From: Lama guanicoe
Lineage: Eukaryota
Assembly (NCBI GenBank): GCA_013239625.1
Contig: MU053561.1
Location: 5,506,439-5,570,438 of the forward strand
DNA: 64,000 nt
Direction of reading: 5' to 3'
Below, in pieces: positions 40,822-53,767 of this stretch (the first letter of the stretch is position 1; the number at the start of each line of letters is the position of its first letter). The position numbers and the translations under genes are program-made. The notes under the pieces are model-generated. The model worked only from the letters and a program-made list of their open reading frames with translations, was not told where the DNA came from and searched no databases.

Positions 40822-43479
40822 TTTATTCATAATAACCCAAAACTGGAATCAGTCCACATGTTCTTCAACAGGTGACTGGTTAAACAGAGTGGTACATACA
40901 AACCATGGACTACTACTCAGCAATAAAAAGGAAGGAACTATCAATACATGTACCAACCTGGATGAATATCCAGGAAATTACGCTGAATGACGAAAGCCAA
41001 TCCCCAGAAGTTACAAATTGCATGATTGCATTTATATAAAACATTTTGAAATGACAAACTTACAGAAATGGAAAATAGAAGTGGTTGCTGGGTTTAGGAA
41101 GAGAGAGGGGCCACAAGGAGGTGAGTATATTTATAAAAGGGCAATCAGAGGGATCCCTGTGATGGAACTATTCTGTATCCTGTCTATGTTGGTGGATACA
41201 CAAACCCACACAGATAAAACTGTATAGAACTAAATACACCCACTCACACACACATACGAATACAAGTAAAACTGGGGAAACCCAGTAAGATTGATGGATT
41301 GTACCGACAATGATATCTTAATTGTGATAGTGAACTATATCTGTACAAGATGCTACCATTGGGGGAAGTTGGGGAAGAGGTACATGGGATCTATTATTTC
41401 TTAGAACTATATGTAAATTTACAGTTGTCTCAAAAAAAAATTTCCATTACACAAAACCCAATAATTTCTAAGTTCACTCCCCTACAGACAATAAAAAACG
41501 GTAGAGAGTTGGGCAGGACACATTTTATCTACAGCTGTAAAGTCAGTCACACTACTGTAGGACAGTGTGTGACTTCTAAGGAAGCACAGAGTCTAGCATC
41601 CAGGTTACCAAACTGTGTATCAGACAATCGGTAAGCAAGGACAAACCCAAACACATATAGATTTCAAAAAAAAGAAAGCCGAAGTAGTGACAGACAGTAG
41701 AGTATATGAAGAAAACAAGACAGGAGTAGACTAAACATACCACAATGCAACGGACCAGGAGCAACTACAGAGCCACAGCCCCTTATACCTGGTTTACTGC
41801 ACACAGATACTGTCCACTCTTGAGAGCCTTACTAAAATAATCAGGACAGTCTGTGGGATCTGTTTAACCACAATAATTACTGGCATCCATTATTATACTA
41901 GCAATTGAGTTCTCTATCTGTTTTAAGGTTGGTAACTTCCTACAGACTGCAGATAAATCAAAAAGCCAGGTGAGTTAAGAATTACATGTTATATTAAGAG
42001 CAAGGTCCAATACCTTGTACCAACTTGACACACACTTCTTATTAAAGAATAGAAAGGAGGAAGGAAATAATTCATGAATGAATGAATATCTATGGACCCT
42101 ATGCCATTAAAAAGACATATTCACAGAAATTTTACATGTAGCTTCAGAAAGTTCTTGAAGGTCCTGAAGTCCAGAATTTATGAAACCTTGCTTTAGATTC
42201 TGCATCTCGAGGAACCTACTCCAGCAATGTAGGTCATTTGCCTCTTTAAAGCAGAGGATTAGATAAGAAATTTCTCAAAACCCTTTCCAGTGCTTTAATT
42301 TAATGACTTACATCCTGGTCAAACCCTCTGATGGGGTTACCTCTCTTTCACTGTCAAATATAATGACAGAGAATTTTTAATTGAACATTCAGTTTATCTC
42401 ACAGGGCCCTTAAGCATATTTACCACCTGGGACAGGTCTAAACTGTAAGGAGGAAGCTAGAAAACCATGGAAATCTTCCATGCTATCCTTAGTATACTCA
42501 CAAAATCCTTAGTTAGAAAACATGAGGCACAACTGCCTCAGGAAAAAAAGGTAAACGCCCTGATGCTGCACTGTGCCAGGGACTGGCCAGAAAGTAGGCT
42601 CAATTTAGCTCAGTTTCAGCAAAAACACTTCTCAAAGCAAATGCAGCAGCCCTCCCCTCAAAAGTTTTAATCTGTAAAACGCATTAAAAATGTATGAAAG
42701 AAACGCATTTTATGAGATGTCTAAAACATTATGAGATGCCCAAAAGTGCAAAAAGTACATTAACTTTTTCAGGTTTCCTAATGCAATCTTCATTGACTAC
42801 AGGCATAAAAGCCACTCCCCGGTATACAGACCTTTACCTTAGTAGGTTCCCTGGGCTGCAGGATAGCTTTTGGGTATACTTGAAGGTGAACTAGCACGGA
42901 CTAGATCTTCTGATTGAAACTGTAAAATATTCAACAAGGATAAACTGATTCGATCTTACTACATTCCTCACCTAGAGTCTTCACAGCAATTTCTAAGAAA
43001 TTTACCTCCTATTTGAAAAACTGCAAGATTGAAAATCCAACTCCTCTCCATATAACTTTTTAGGACTGCCATCTATTTCATTGTTTTTTGTTTTGTTTTG
43101 TTTTGTTTTAAGTATGATTCTTTTTCACCTGAATGAAAGAACCGATCATTAAAGTGAAAACATATTTAATCCACAAGAAGTTTTGCCAAATAGAATGGGG
43201 TCACTGTCTTAGTAGTCAGTTCCTGAATCACAGCCCTTGTTTTCAACCTCTCTTGTAGGCCTTGCTGCAGTGTTGAAGGGCTGACCATAAAGCAGCAGAG
43301 CACCAAATGGAGTCAAAATTGAATTGCTAAGGCAGAGGCCATGTTTCATACCCCAATGCTGACAGCACTGGGCTGTGCGGAGAGAATCACTTCATCTCAG
43401 GGCCACCAAAGGTCTAAGGCTTGTCTAGACCCAGCCAAAACTTAGATTCCACCAGCAACAATTCCCGAAAGAGATCTTT

Positions 43480-43720
43480 CATCCTCTGCTCAACACTGTC
43501 AGTGTCTGGGACATGCTGCTTTCTGAGACTGCCCACTCCATCCTCACAGTTCTGTTAGAAAGTTCTCTTACAGTGGCTACAAATCTGTCTCTCTGTAATT
43601 TCCACCCACAAGTTCTAATTCTATCCCTTGGGACCACACAGAAAAAGCCTAATCCTTCTTCCACCTTCCACATGTCAGCCCTTCAAGCATTTGAAGATAG
43701 TCATCAAGTTTCCCATGATT
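43480..43720 (-). mobile_element. L3/CR1 fragment (resumes near 44180-44230)
   Basis: CATCCTCTGCTCAACAC...TCTGTTAGAAAGTTCT...TCTGTAATTTCCACCCA...CAGCCCTTCAAGCATTTGAAGA. Confidence 0.7.
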
Positions 43721-43722
43721 GT

Positions 43723-44178
43723 TGTGGCAGGCTGAATACTGTTTACCCCAAAGATGTCTATGTCCTAATCCCCAGAACCTATCAGAGTCTTATAAGGAAA
43801 AGGGACCTTGCAGATATAACTAAGTTAAAGATCTTGAGATGGAGAGGTAAGCCTGAATTATCCTGGTGAGCCCAATGTAACATGAGGGTCCCTGTAAGAG
43901 GGAAATAGGAGGGTCAGAGTTAGAGAAGGAGACCTGACAAAGGAAGCAGAAGCTGGAGTGATGCACTTTATAGATGGAGGAAGGGGCCACAAGCCTTGGG
44001 GTGCAGGCAGCATCTAGAAGCTGAAAAAGGCAAGAAAATAGATTTTTCGATAGAGCCCCCAGAAGGAATGCAGCCTTGCATCTTGGAGGACCTTTGACCT
44101 CCAGGACCGTAAGATAATAAATCTGTTTTCTTTTAAGCCACTAAATTTGTGTTACTTTGTTACAGCAAAAAGGAAACT
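43723..44178 (+). mobile_element. MLT1C/D-like MaLR solo LTR
   Basis: TGTGGCAGGCTGAATA...CCCCAAAGATGTCTATGTCCTAATCCCCAGAACC...TTTTAAGCCACTAAATTTGTG...TTACAGCA. Confidence 0.9.
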
Positions 44179-45109
44179 CTTTTCAGACTAAAAGATTTCT
44201 TTAACCACTCTTCAAATGACAGTTTCAAGTCTCACCCTTAGGACATTCTCAACCTTTCTTTTGTTGAAAACTTCATGTGTTTCCTTTGACCTATCCCTGT
44301 ACCCTACTGTCCTGGCCCAAAATAACTTTAGATTTTCTCCCCAGCAATGATGTTTAAAGCCCCATCCCTATGATCCACTCACCTTTATGAAGCACACTTC
44401 CGGAACAATTGCTCAATAAATGTTAAGTTGAAATAAAACAACCATTCAGAATTCCCAATCTTCTAGAAGATTAAAAAGCCTTGTTCCGCCTCTTCTCTCC
44501 TTCCAAACTGAGTAATAATAATGTGATTTAACCTTGAGAATTCTTAAGTTCCTTCTCATTTGTAAGGATTCTACAAGATTACATAGATGACTTCTCAATT
44601 GAGACTGTCAGTGATATGACTCCTTGATTCATAAAACCACTGCAGAAACTGAAAATAAAAGTAAAAGCTCTCTATATTATGTATATGATTAATGCTTCCT
44701 AATATCATGCCCCCCTAAACTCTCCATTTATTTTTAATTATCACGCAAATTGTAGAACTTATTACAAAAATCAATTAAACAAAAGTGCAGTATTAGTTAA
44801 GCCAAATGTCTTTACAAAATATTTAAATGATTATATAATAGCTTTATCTGCCAACATTAATTTCGTACAGCAAAATAATGATGCAGCAAAAATAACAAGT
44901 AAAAGGTTTGACAAATACACTGTAATAACATTGTACCTATAGAATAACCTACTTTACAATCTTAAAGGTTTTTATATCACACTTCTATTCATGGATGTTA
45001 AAGTTTAGTGCACTGACCATTACATTTCAGAGTTTTATTAGATATTAAGTGAATCATTAGAATACTTTCTCGCTGAGTGTCTATGCATAAGGGCAAAGAG
45101 GTCCCTACT

Positions 45110-46210
45110 TACTCTAATCAGACACTTATTTACTGAAGACCACTGAGCTCAAGCCCTACATTAAAGATAGTGGGAAATTCAAATGTGTGTAAGACATGGT
45201 CCCCAACTTCAACTTGCTTTCATCCTTGTACAAGAAGATGGCACATTTATAAGTAAAAAGAGGATAAGAGAATTAATACAAGGCCCTGTAACAAATAAGT
45301 AGCACAGACAGTTTAATGTCGAAAAGGAGTTCTAAGAAAATGTACTGTGAGAGAATGGTCAAAGAAGTTGAAGGTGGGACTTGACTTGGGTGGGACTCAA
45401 AAAGAAAAGGAAAAAGAACAACATAGACTAGTGAAAAGGCACAAGTAAAGGCAAGAAGGCAAAAGACATGTTCAAAGAACAGTAAACAACCCAATTAGAC
45501 ACCGCAGAGAATTTCACATGAGAAATAGTAAAGGAAGGCAGTAAAGGAAGTAAGGAAGGCAAGTGCACTGGGGACAAATTACAAAGCCTAAGAAATCACC
45601 CACCACAGGGCACTCCATGTAGCAGACTCTCTAACTTTTTCAGTCAACTGCAAATAAAGGTCTTGAACACTAGACAAATAAGTTTATATTTTTCTCTGGT
45701 GAACAACAGGGAACCGCTGAGGTTTCTGGATAAGAGAATAATTTACATAAAACAGAATTAGCAATAGTATACAAGATAAAAGAGAACAGCAAAAAAAATC
45801 AAAAACAACCCCCACCTAGATCTGAGGTGGGAAAAGCCCAGACCAGAAAGTAGACATAAAAATGAGACTGAATGGATGAAAATACAAAAAGTATTACAAA
45901 CAAAGAACTGACAAAACCTGGCAATTAGTTTAAGTATTTAAGTATGGGTGACGAGGAAAATTCATTCAGAAATTACTTATTGAGTCCCTACGAGGCCAGT
46001 CACTGAGCTAGGTGGTAGGGACAAAATAATGATCATGACAATGAACTACTTATGTGAGGCTGAAACACTAAAGCACTGGCAGTTCTAACAGTGTGACAAA
46101 CACTATGGTTGAGGAAAGTCAAGCGTGTAGGAAAAGTACATAGCCCAAACCTGAGATCGGGAGAGGAAAGCGATCTTAGGAAGGAAATCAAATGAAGAAT
46201 GGGGTGGAGC
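45110..46210 (-). mobile_element. L2 fragments
   Basis: AAGACATGGTCCCCAACTTC...GGGAACCGCTGAGGTTTCTG...TTCATTCAGAAATTACTTATTGAGTCCCTACGAGGCCAG. Confidence 0.6.
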
Positions 46211-46429
46211 AAGAAGCAGAAAAGTGAAAGTATACATATACATCGAGTCCCTTTCTTACTTAAGTTACATGTAAGGGATTCAAGCTATCAGAAATCAGTA
46301 AATGTGGTCTCAAATTTATGACCTGCAAAAATCTACTTCTATAATAATCTGATTGGTTAAAACCCAAAATTTTTATTTTGATGAACTACATTACAAAGTG
46401 AAACTGCATTCCCCAAAGATCACCAATCT

Positions 46430-46597
46430 ACAAAGGGGCACTAGAGAATTTTATGGAAAGTGGAAATATTCTAAATTTTTATGATGATAGTGATTACATG
46501 ACTATACATTCATCAAAATCAATATAAGTGTACACTGAAAAAGGGTGAATTTACTGTATGTAAATTATATCTTAATAAAGCTGACATTTTTAAAAAA
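46430..46597 (+). mobile_element. Old L1 3' end fragment
   Basis: GGAAATATTCTAA...GTGATTACATGACTATAC...GGGTGAATTTACTGTATGTAAATTATATCTTAATAAAGCTG. Confidence 0.75.
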
Positions 46598-49500
46598 AGA
46601 TCACCAATGACTTCTTAATTGCTAAATTCAGTGGCAATTATTCAAAGACAATTCAGTAGTTACTTAATGTTATATTAAAAACAATGTATATGCCAGTATC
46701 ACCTTTATTATTTACAGTACTGTATACACATTATAAACACTTATACTTTCTTAATAAATATGTAATTTTATATTTTTTATTTGAATAGAATTTTATGCAT
46801 TTCATCCTAAATTCAAGAAGGTGTCTTAATGCTCAGGCTCAGGACCTAACCTGAGGACCCAGTTCATATCCTATCATAATTTAAATAAATGTAAATCATA
46901 TTCATCCTTAACCAGCTTTCCTCCATATTCTCACGTCTTTTTTATCTCAAGATTATTTACCTTTGATACCAGGTATCTCCTCCTTACCCCAGTACCAGTT
47001 CTGCCTATCCTGGGAATTATGATTCTTCCTTTAAAGATTTCTACCCTAATCTCTACTCCTCTCCTACACACCAGTTGCAGATTAGTCATATGTTTTTTTA
47101 TTAATTGTATAAATCCCACCTCAAAAACATCTGGCTTTAAGATATATGCAAATATTTCTGACTAGTTTTCAAATCCTCCATAATCTGACCTAATACTATA
47201 TATACAATTTCATCTAGACAGTATAAAATGAACTGATTTTAAAATTATAGAAAGGGAAGATACTGGGAGAGGGAGTAAGGAAATAAACTAAAAGTTTAAA
47301 AGTTAAAAGGAGTACAAGGCATACTGAGGAGTAAAAAATGACCAATTTCATCGGCAATAACGAAAGAGGCTGGAAAAGCAAGCTGGGGTCCACACTTGCA
47401 AGATTTATGTGCTAGCCTGAGGATTTCAGTAGGCAACAAGAGAAATCATCATGGATTTTCTAGAAAAGAGGAATGCTGTAACAAAGGTGAGGCTCAAAAA
47501 ACATTATTCTGGGGCTGGAATATAGGATGTGGTGATGAAGGGGTGAAAAAGAAAAGAGGAAAAGGAGGATCGCATCATAAACAGTCTCAGCATAAAGTGA
47601 AAAGGATTTTAACAGTGGCAGGGAAGTTACGGAACAGGAGAAACTATTCATTCACAGCTACTGCTGGTATAGACAAACCTCCCAAAGGTACCAATCAGAT
47701 AGTGTTAGGTGTCCTATCACCTAACAAGTGGTTTATAAAAATTCACCCACACATTATTTGAATAATTTCTGTTAATTTTAATCAATCTGGAAAGCAATGG
47801 AGTAGATAATTCAAAAATACCCAAAATTCCTTTCTCCTTTTGGAGAAAGACTAATTGAGTTATAATTGCTTATTCTGGCTATAAAGCCTACTAACTAAGC
47901 AGTTAGAAGAAAGCTACCTAAAAACATAATAAGGAAGAGGATCTAGGATTTAAAATTGCTCCATTTTCTGAAAACACCAAAGGTTTGCTTCAGATTTTCA
48001 TTATTCAGTCTAGTAACACCTTTACCCAAATACTGTGAAGCTTGTAATCAAGTGATCTCATTAAGAAAATGATATATCAAATTTCACATAACAATTGGAA
48101 TTAGTGTTAGAAATAAGAAAGAAATTCATCTTAATTATAACACCTAGCAGTGTTTTATACATAAACATCATTTATCTGAATCTGCTTTAGTAATATACAT
48201 TAACTTGGATTGAGACAATTTATAAACTGTTTATTACTATTACCAAATAGTAAATGTATTTTTATTTTAATGTAGATATTAAATAGAATAGAAAATTCGA
48301 CTTCATCCTTTAAAAATTAATTTTTGCTCAAGATTCAGAGAGGAAACCAACAAATAAACATTCCCTCAAAAAAGTCAGTTTTGTTTAATTCCCAACAAAA
48401 TTTATAGTTCATTTAATTCATCAACTTTTCGAGAATCATTGTGACTTAAAACCTACTTTCAGATACTTACCTGAGGTTAAAATAGATTATGGGTAAGTAA
48501 TCAGAGGCAATAATTCACAAATGTACAAGGACACACATGAAAATCAGCCTTGTACAAATTAGCCTTCTGACTTTGCCAGAGGATACAGAGATGCTTAATT
48601 ATATTATCAGAAGTAGCTAGTGAAAACACAATGTTTAAAAACAATAATTTAAAAATAAGGCATTTTGTGCAGACTAAGGTGGAGGCTGCATATGTGTCAA
48701 TTTAAAAGTCTACTGCTTTCCACTAGATTAAGGTCAATGTGCCCAAACAGCTCAGCTTTAATTTTGAAACATTGCCACTCAACAAAAAGGAGATTAAGTT
48801 TCTGAGAGTTTACAGTTTTATATTTGTCAAGTTCACATATTTAAACACTTTAGCAATTTATTGGTAGCTTACCCCAGGTTTGGTTTTGGTTTTTAATTTA
48901 CTTACTGACTTGAAATATAAGACTGATTCAATTTTTAAAAACAGAAATATCAACAACTCTGGTTGTATAGCCAAGATTACTTCTGCTTTTACACAAGATC
49001 CATCTGGCTATCTAAAGGAGGGCTTGAGTTCCAAAGATGTAAATTAGAGAAGATGGTTACATACAGAATAAAAGGACCATACTTTGTGTTGATCAAAGCA
49101 GTTACCAGTGGCAAAATTTTAGGTGTGGAAGACTACAACCAATCACCAACAGGTACTAGGCAACCTCACAGGGCCATTTAACTACCCAAGCAGAGCTAAC
49201 AGCCTGGTATATCATGATTGTTTATTAATATGACAGATACTGCTGTGAGGTGAGGGCTGGGTTTTTCCTGTAGAGTTAATAATTTAGCAAATAATCCAAA
49301 ATAAGGGATGGCTTTTGGAATCAAAAGAGGAAAAAAATCTCTTTTTGGCTAGAAGATCTAAAAGAGAAAATAAAACTCTACAGATACTGAGAAACTATAT
49401 ATGATGCACAAGTTTTAGCTCCAGAACCAGAAAGATACAACCTGACAGTTATCAAGATCCCCAAAACTGTTCATATTTCTTGATCAAGTAATCCTGTGTC

Positions 49501-49693
49501 TAAGAATGTCACAGCCAAAGTTTAAAATAGTAAAAGAAAAAGTAATTATAATGATTGCTTCTGGGTGGTAAATGATCAGTAGTGGTTCTTTGTCCTGATT
49601 CTTTACACTCTACAGAGCTTTTGAATACAGGATTGTGGCACGGCTGGATTCAAATTTAGAACTAATAACCAAAACTCAGGCACTAGATCTCTT

Positions 49694-50162
49694 TGTAATA
49701 CAAGGAGAGCTCTGCCAATCCCACAAAAGGACTGTCATTCAGAAAAGATGAAGCTGACTTACATTTCAATTCTTACAAAGAATCTCAAAATACAGGGCAC
49801 ACCCTCAATTAATTTATTTTGAACAACAAAATACTGTTACAGAAAGCAATCTGGTAAAGACAGATCAGGAAAGGTAACCCTCAGGCAAGAGAGGTGGAAC
49901 TGCCTGAGAAATCTGATGATAAAAGGGGGCAAAGAACCACAGACACCTTTCTTATACTTTCCGGATTCAGTTAAATGAGGCAGAATAAGTTTAGTGGGAT
50001 AATTGGGGAAAGGTCCTTACAGCATTGCTTGAATTCTGTGATTTGGTGTTATATAGGAGGTTAAGGAGAAAACATCCCTGAGTGGGTTTAACAGGGGTAG
50101 TTCCTTACATCAGTTTGGTATAACTTATTACAGAATAGCTTAATCAGATAACTTTCTTGACA
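49694..50162 (-). mobile_element. Possible solo LTR, family unassigned
   Basis: About 470 bp bounded by TG...CA with a minus-strand AATAAA; no clear TSD. Confidence 0.3.
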
Positions 50163-50674
50163 CTTGTTATATAATGGAAAAATGCCAAGTGGTGGGGAGT
50201 GCCAATCAGGGACAGGGTGCTAAGAATAAACAGTCAGCAGACAGTATACAGACACAGGAAAATAATATTAAGAAGCAGAAGTGAGGATGGCATAGGAGGG
50301 GGGAAAAAAGGGAGGGGGCTACCAAATGCTAATTCCACCTTATACTCTTACCTATATCTAGCCCTAAGCCTCCTCTCTGTCTCTAATGCAAAGGATGCTG
50401 TTATTAAAGTCTTATCCCAGACATCCTACTTGATTCTGACCAAACTGGTACTGATTACGACCAAACTAGCTGGTCTTCTGTGTTAAGTGTAAACAATTCA
50501 TAAATATTTCATGGGGGTAAACCAGAGATATCAAAGAAAATCATATATGATAATTTTCTACTTTATAAATTTATGTACATATTTACTTTATGGGGAACTA
50601 TATAAGTAACAGTGACACATCTCACTTCCTTATTGGACTTTGTTTCCAAAGCTTAAGTTAAAAAAAAAAAAGGA

Positions 50675-50910
50675 TGGGGGGGGTAGAGGGTGGGAAGGGA
50701 TAGACTGGGATTTCAAAACTGTAGAATAGATAAACAAGATTACACTGTATAGCACAGGGAAATATACACAAAATGTTATGATAAATCACAGAGAAAAAAA
50801 TGTGACAATGAGTGTGTATATGTCCATGAATGACTGAAAAATTGTGCTGAACACTGGAATTTGACACAACACTGTAAAATGATTATGAATCAATAAAAAA
50901 TGTAAAAAAA
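50675..50910 (+). mobile_element. Young L1 3' end (camelid type)
   Basis: GGGTGGGAAGGGATAGACTGGGATTTC...GAATGACTGAAAAATTGTGCTGAACACTGGAATTTGACACAAC...AATAAAAAATGTAAAA; flanked by AAAAAAAAGGA on both sides. Confidence 0.9.
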
Positions 50911-52803
50911 AGGACATATAACTTGCTTAATTCAACTGTATAAAGTCATTTTATGTTCATGCTATGTTTTTAAAAAGAGAAGGTTTCAAAATGTCAACTA
51001 CTAGTTGAAACATGTATCTCAAATAGGTTCAAATGGACATCAATTTTGGCTTTTCCTCCCCTTCTACTTTTCTAATTCTTACCACCAAAGAGCTAAATTC
51101 CACTCATTTCTCTTTTTCCTTGTCAAATCTGGGAGAGTAAACTATGTATTCCCCTTGAAACTTTCTATCAAGATGAACTTCTTCAAAGGTACAAAGTTGC
51201 CTTCCAAGCTAAAGTGTTTCACTGATTAAAGTAAATTTAAACATATTCTCACCATAGCCTGCTGGGTGGAGTCTAAATTATTGGGCTGAAGAGTTATAAC
51301 ATTAATAATATATAATGGCAAAGTACAGAGCTACTCAAGTATCCTGGGGCTGCAAAGTAGAGAAACAAAAATGGTCATAGATTAATCCTAGGAAAATCTG
51401 ATGGAAATAAGTTTGGGATTGGATTTTGAATAAATATGGTAAATACTTTATTTTGGCTATAAGGGAATAGCCATACTGTGTACTAACAAGAAATAAGTTT
51501 GGAAATTGTTTACAAAGAGTTGAGAGAGTTGCTGGAGGGACAGTATATGTTAGAGCAGAGAGTAACCATAGCAAGGAAAGAACACAATGCTCTATCGGGG
51601 TAACTTCTTTAAAATCCAAGTGATGAGAAGTCACTAAATAGAGTGTTTATTTTACAAGAAAGCACAAAAATAACATCAATATAAGACAATTAGTTCAACT
51701 TTTAAAGTCAAACACGTCTCCTATTTCTGTACCAACTTAAATCCTTATTTACTTCCAAGTTTGATACTGACTCAACGGATAACTGAGCTAGTTAATCCCA
51801 TCAGACAGAAACTAAAATGGCATATTCTTACTCCTTAGAAAATGAGGTGCTTACATAAAGCAAATGAAAAATCTGCAGCCTACATCCACATGCATATAAT
51901 TTTTACTGGAGAGGCTGAAGTTTTGTCTAGATTGAGTAAGCTTCTCTACCTTTTTGAATGTCAGCTTTTATTACATTTTTTTAAACGAACATACAGCAGA
52001 AGATGGAAAGTCAAAGGCTAAATTCCTTGAAAGAAAGGAACTGAATCATATCTCGGCCTGGCATGGGACTTGGTGCATAGTAGGCATGTGAGAAACATTT
52101 GCTAATTAAATGCCAAGGCCTTGCCAACAAGAGGATTAATGCTTGAAAGAATCCCAAGCTACATTCCTGGACCAAATATCTGAAAATGTTCTCAATTCTA
52201 CAGCATTATATTGTACTTTCCAACAAGTTCTAATCGCTAAGCTAACTTTCTAATCCAATCAAATGCAATAGTAATACTACATCCTCTGCATTCTGTCTTT
52301 GAAATTTGGGTCCAAGTGATTTTTAGCACATAAATCAGTTGGCAGCAAAATTCACTTAATTTCCAAAATTCACTTTTCAAAATTCACTAGTTAAAATATA
52401 ATCAAACTACAATCCTAGACTAATGATAACCTGCATGATAATCCTAGATCCACCAACAATTAGCTACATGACCTTGAACACACCACTTTTCTCCAAGCCC
52501 TAATCTTTTCATCTGTAAAATGAGAAATATAGCCATTTAAAAATCTTCCTTGAGGGAATACACTGATGACTGCAATTTACTTGGAAGTGCATAAAAAAGA
52601 TAGGATACATGATAGATGGATAAACATATAATAAACCAAGCAGAGTGAAAAGTTAGGAAAATAATCTAGTTGGTGGATATACCGACTCCACAGAGTAAAC
52701 CTGTTCAATCCTCCCCAACTCCCACCCTTTTCTATTCCTGGGAATGGTACCACCACTCACCCAGTTGCTCAAAGCACAAAACTAGAAGTTATCCTGGACT
52801 AGC

Positions 52804-53170
52804 TTTTTTTTTTTTTTTAACTTTTTTTGGTGGGGGAGGGGTAATTAGGTTTTTTTGTTTGTTTTTAACACTTTTTATTGAGTTATACTCATTTTACAAT
52901 GTTGTGTCAAATTCCAGTGTAGAGCACAATTTTTCAGTTATACATGAACATACATATATTCATTGTCACTTTTTTTCGCTGTGAACTACCACAAGATCTT
53001 ATATATATTTCCCTGTGCTATATAGTATAATCTTGTTTATCTATTCTGCATATGCCTGAGGTTATCTACAAATTTTGAAATCCCAGTATTTGTTTGTTTT
53101 AAGTGGAGGTACTGAGGATTGAACCTGGGACCTCCCGCATGTTAAGCATGAGCTCTACCCCGCCCCTCTC
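52804..53170 (-). mobile_element. Camelid-type tRNA-derived SINE split by an L1 insertion
   Basis: Minus-strand head GGTAGAGCTCATGCTTAACATGCGGGAGGTCCCAGGTTCAATCCTCAGTACCTCC and tail AACCTAATTACCCCTCCCCC plus polyA; flanking repeat CTAGAAGTTATCCTGGACT / CTAGAACTTATCCTGAATT. Confidence 0.85.
52866..53088 (-). mobile_element. Young L1 3' end nested in the SINE
   Basis: Reverse complement is homologous to 50705-50905; TTTGTTTGTTTT on both flanks (52854-52865, 53089-53100). Confidence 0.9.
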
Positions 53171-53767
53171 CTAGAACTTATCCTGAATTCCTCTTCTTCC
53201 CTCACAATCAATCAGCAAGTCCTATTACTTCCTCTTTCAAAATATCTCAAACCCACACACTTCATTTCACTGCCCCTACTCTATACTAGTCTAAGCCATC
53301 ATTATCTCTCACCTGAACTAAAAGGTCTCCCTTCTTCCACTCCTGCCCTCTAAATCATAAGCAATGACTTTCTGAAAATATACACCAGACAACCATTCAC
53401 CAGGATTACACTTCCAGGGGCGCTAAGAATTAATAAAATCCAAGCCCCTTATTGTGGCCTACAGATCCTCGCTGGCCCCTGTCTGTTTCTCTGATCTCAC
53501 CCCCACCACTTTCACCCCTCCTTTACTAGGGGCCAGTCACCCTGGCCTTTCTACTCCTGTAACACACTAAGTTCTTACATTAAGGTCTTGGACTTTACAA
53601 CCCCCTTTGACTGGGATGTTTTATCTCAAAATTTTTCACATGACAGACTCTTTCCTTCTAGTCATTCAACTTGCAGTTTATACGTCCCCTACTCAGGGAT
53701 GCCTTCCCTGACCCCTCAATCTAAAGAAGACACTCTCTCTCTCATCATCCTGATCTGTTCTTCTTCG

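Larger units (their letters stand above)
35126..41440 (+). mobile_element. Old L1 (L1MD-like 3' end): 5' UTR, ORF1, partial ORF2 and 3' UTR, interrupted by four later insertions, an internal deletion and a tandem duplication
   Basis: GC-rich 5' UTR 35.13-35.9 kb; ORF1-like QETEQTPNRINPRKS (37656); ORF2-like MWDATKALLTGKC (39734); 3' end ...GATGCTACCATTGGGGGAAG...TCTCAAAAAAAAA. Confidence 0.85.

Noticed and set aside
48463..48500. Possible U1 snRNA pseudogene
   Set aside because: Match ends after 11 nt (U1 continues GCAGGGGAGATACC); better read as a minus-strand donor site
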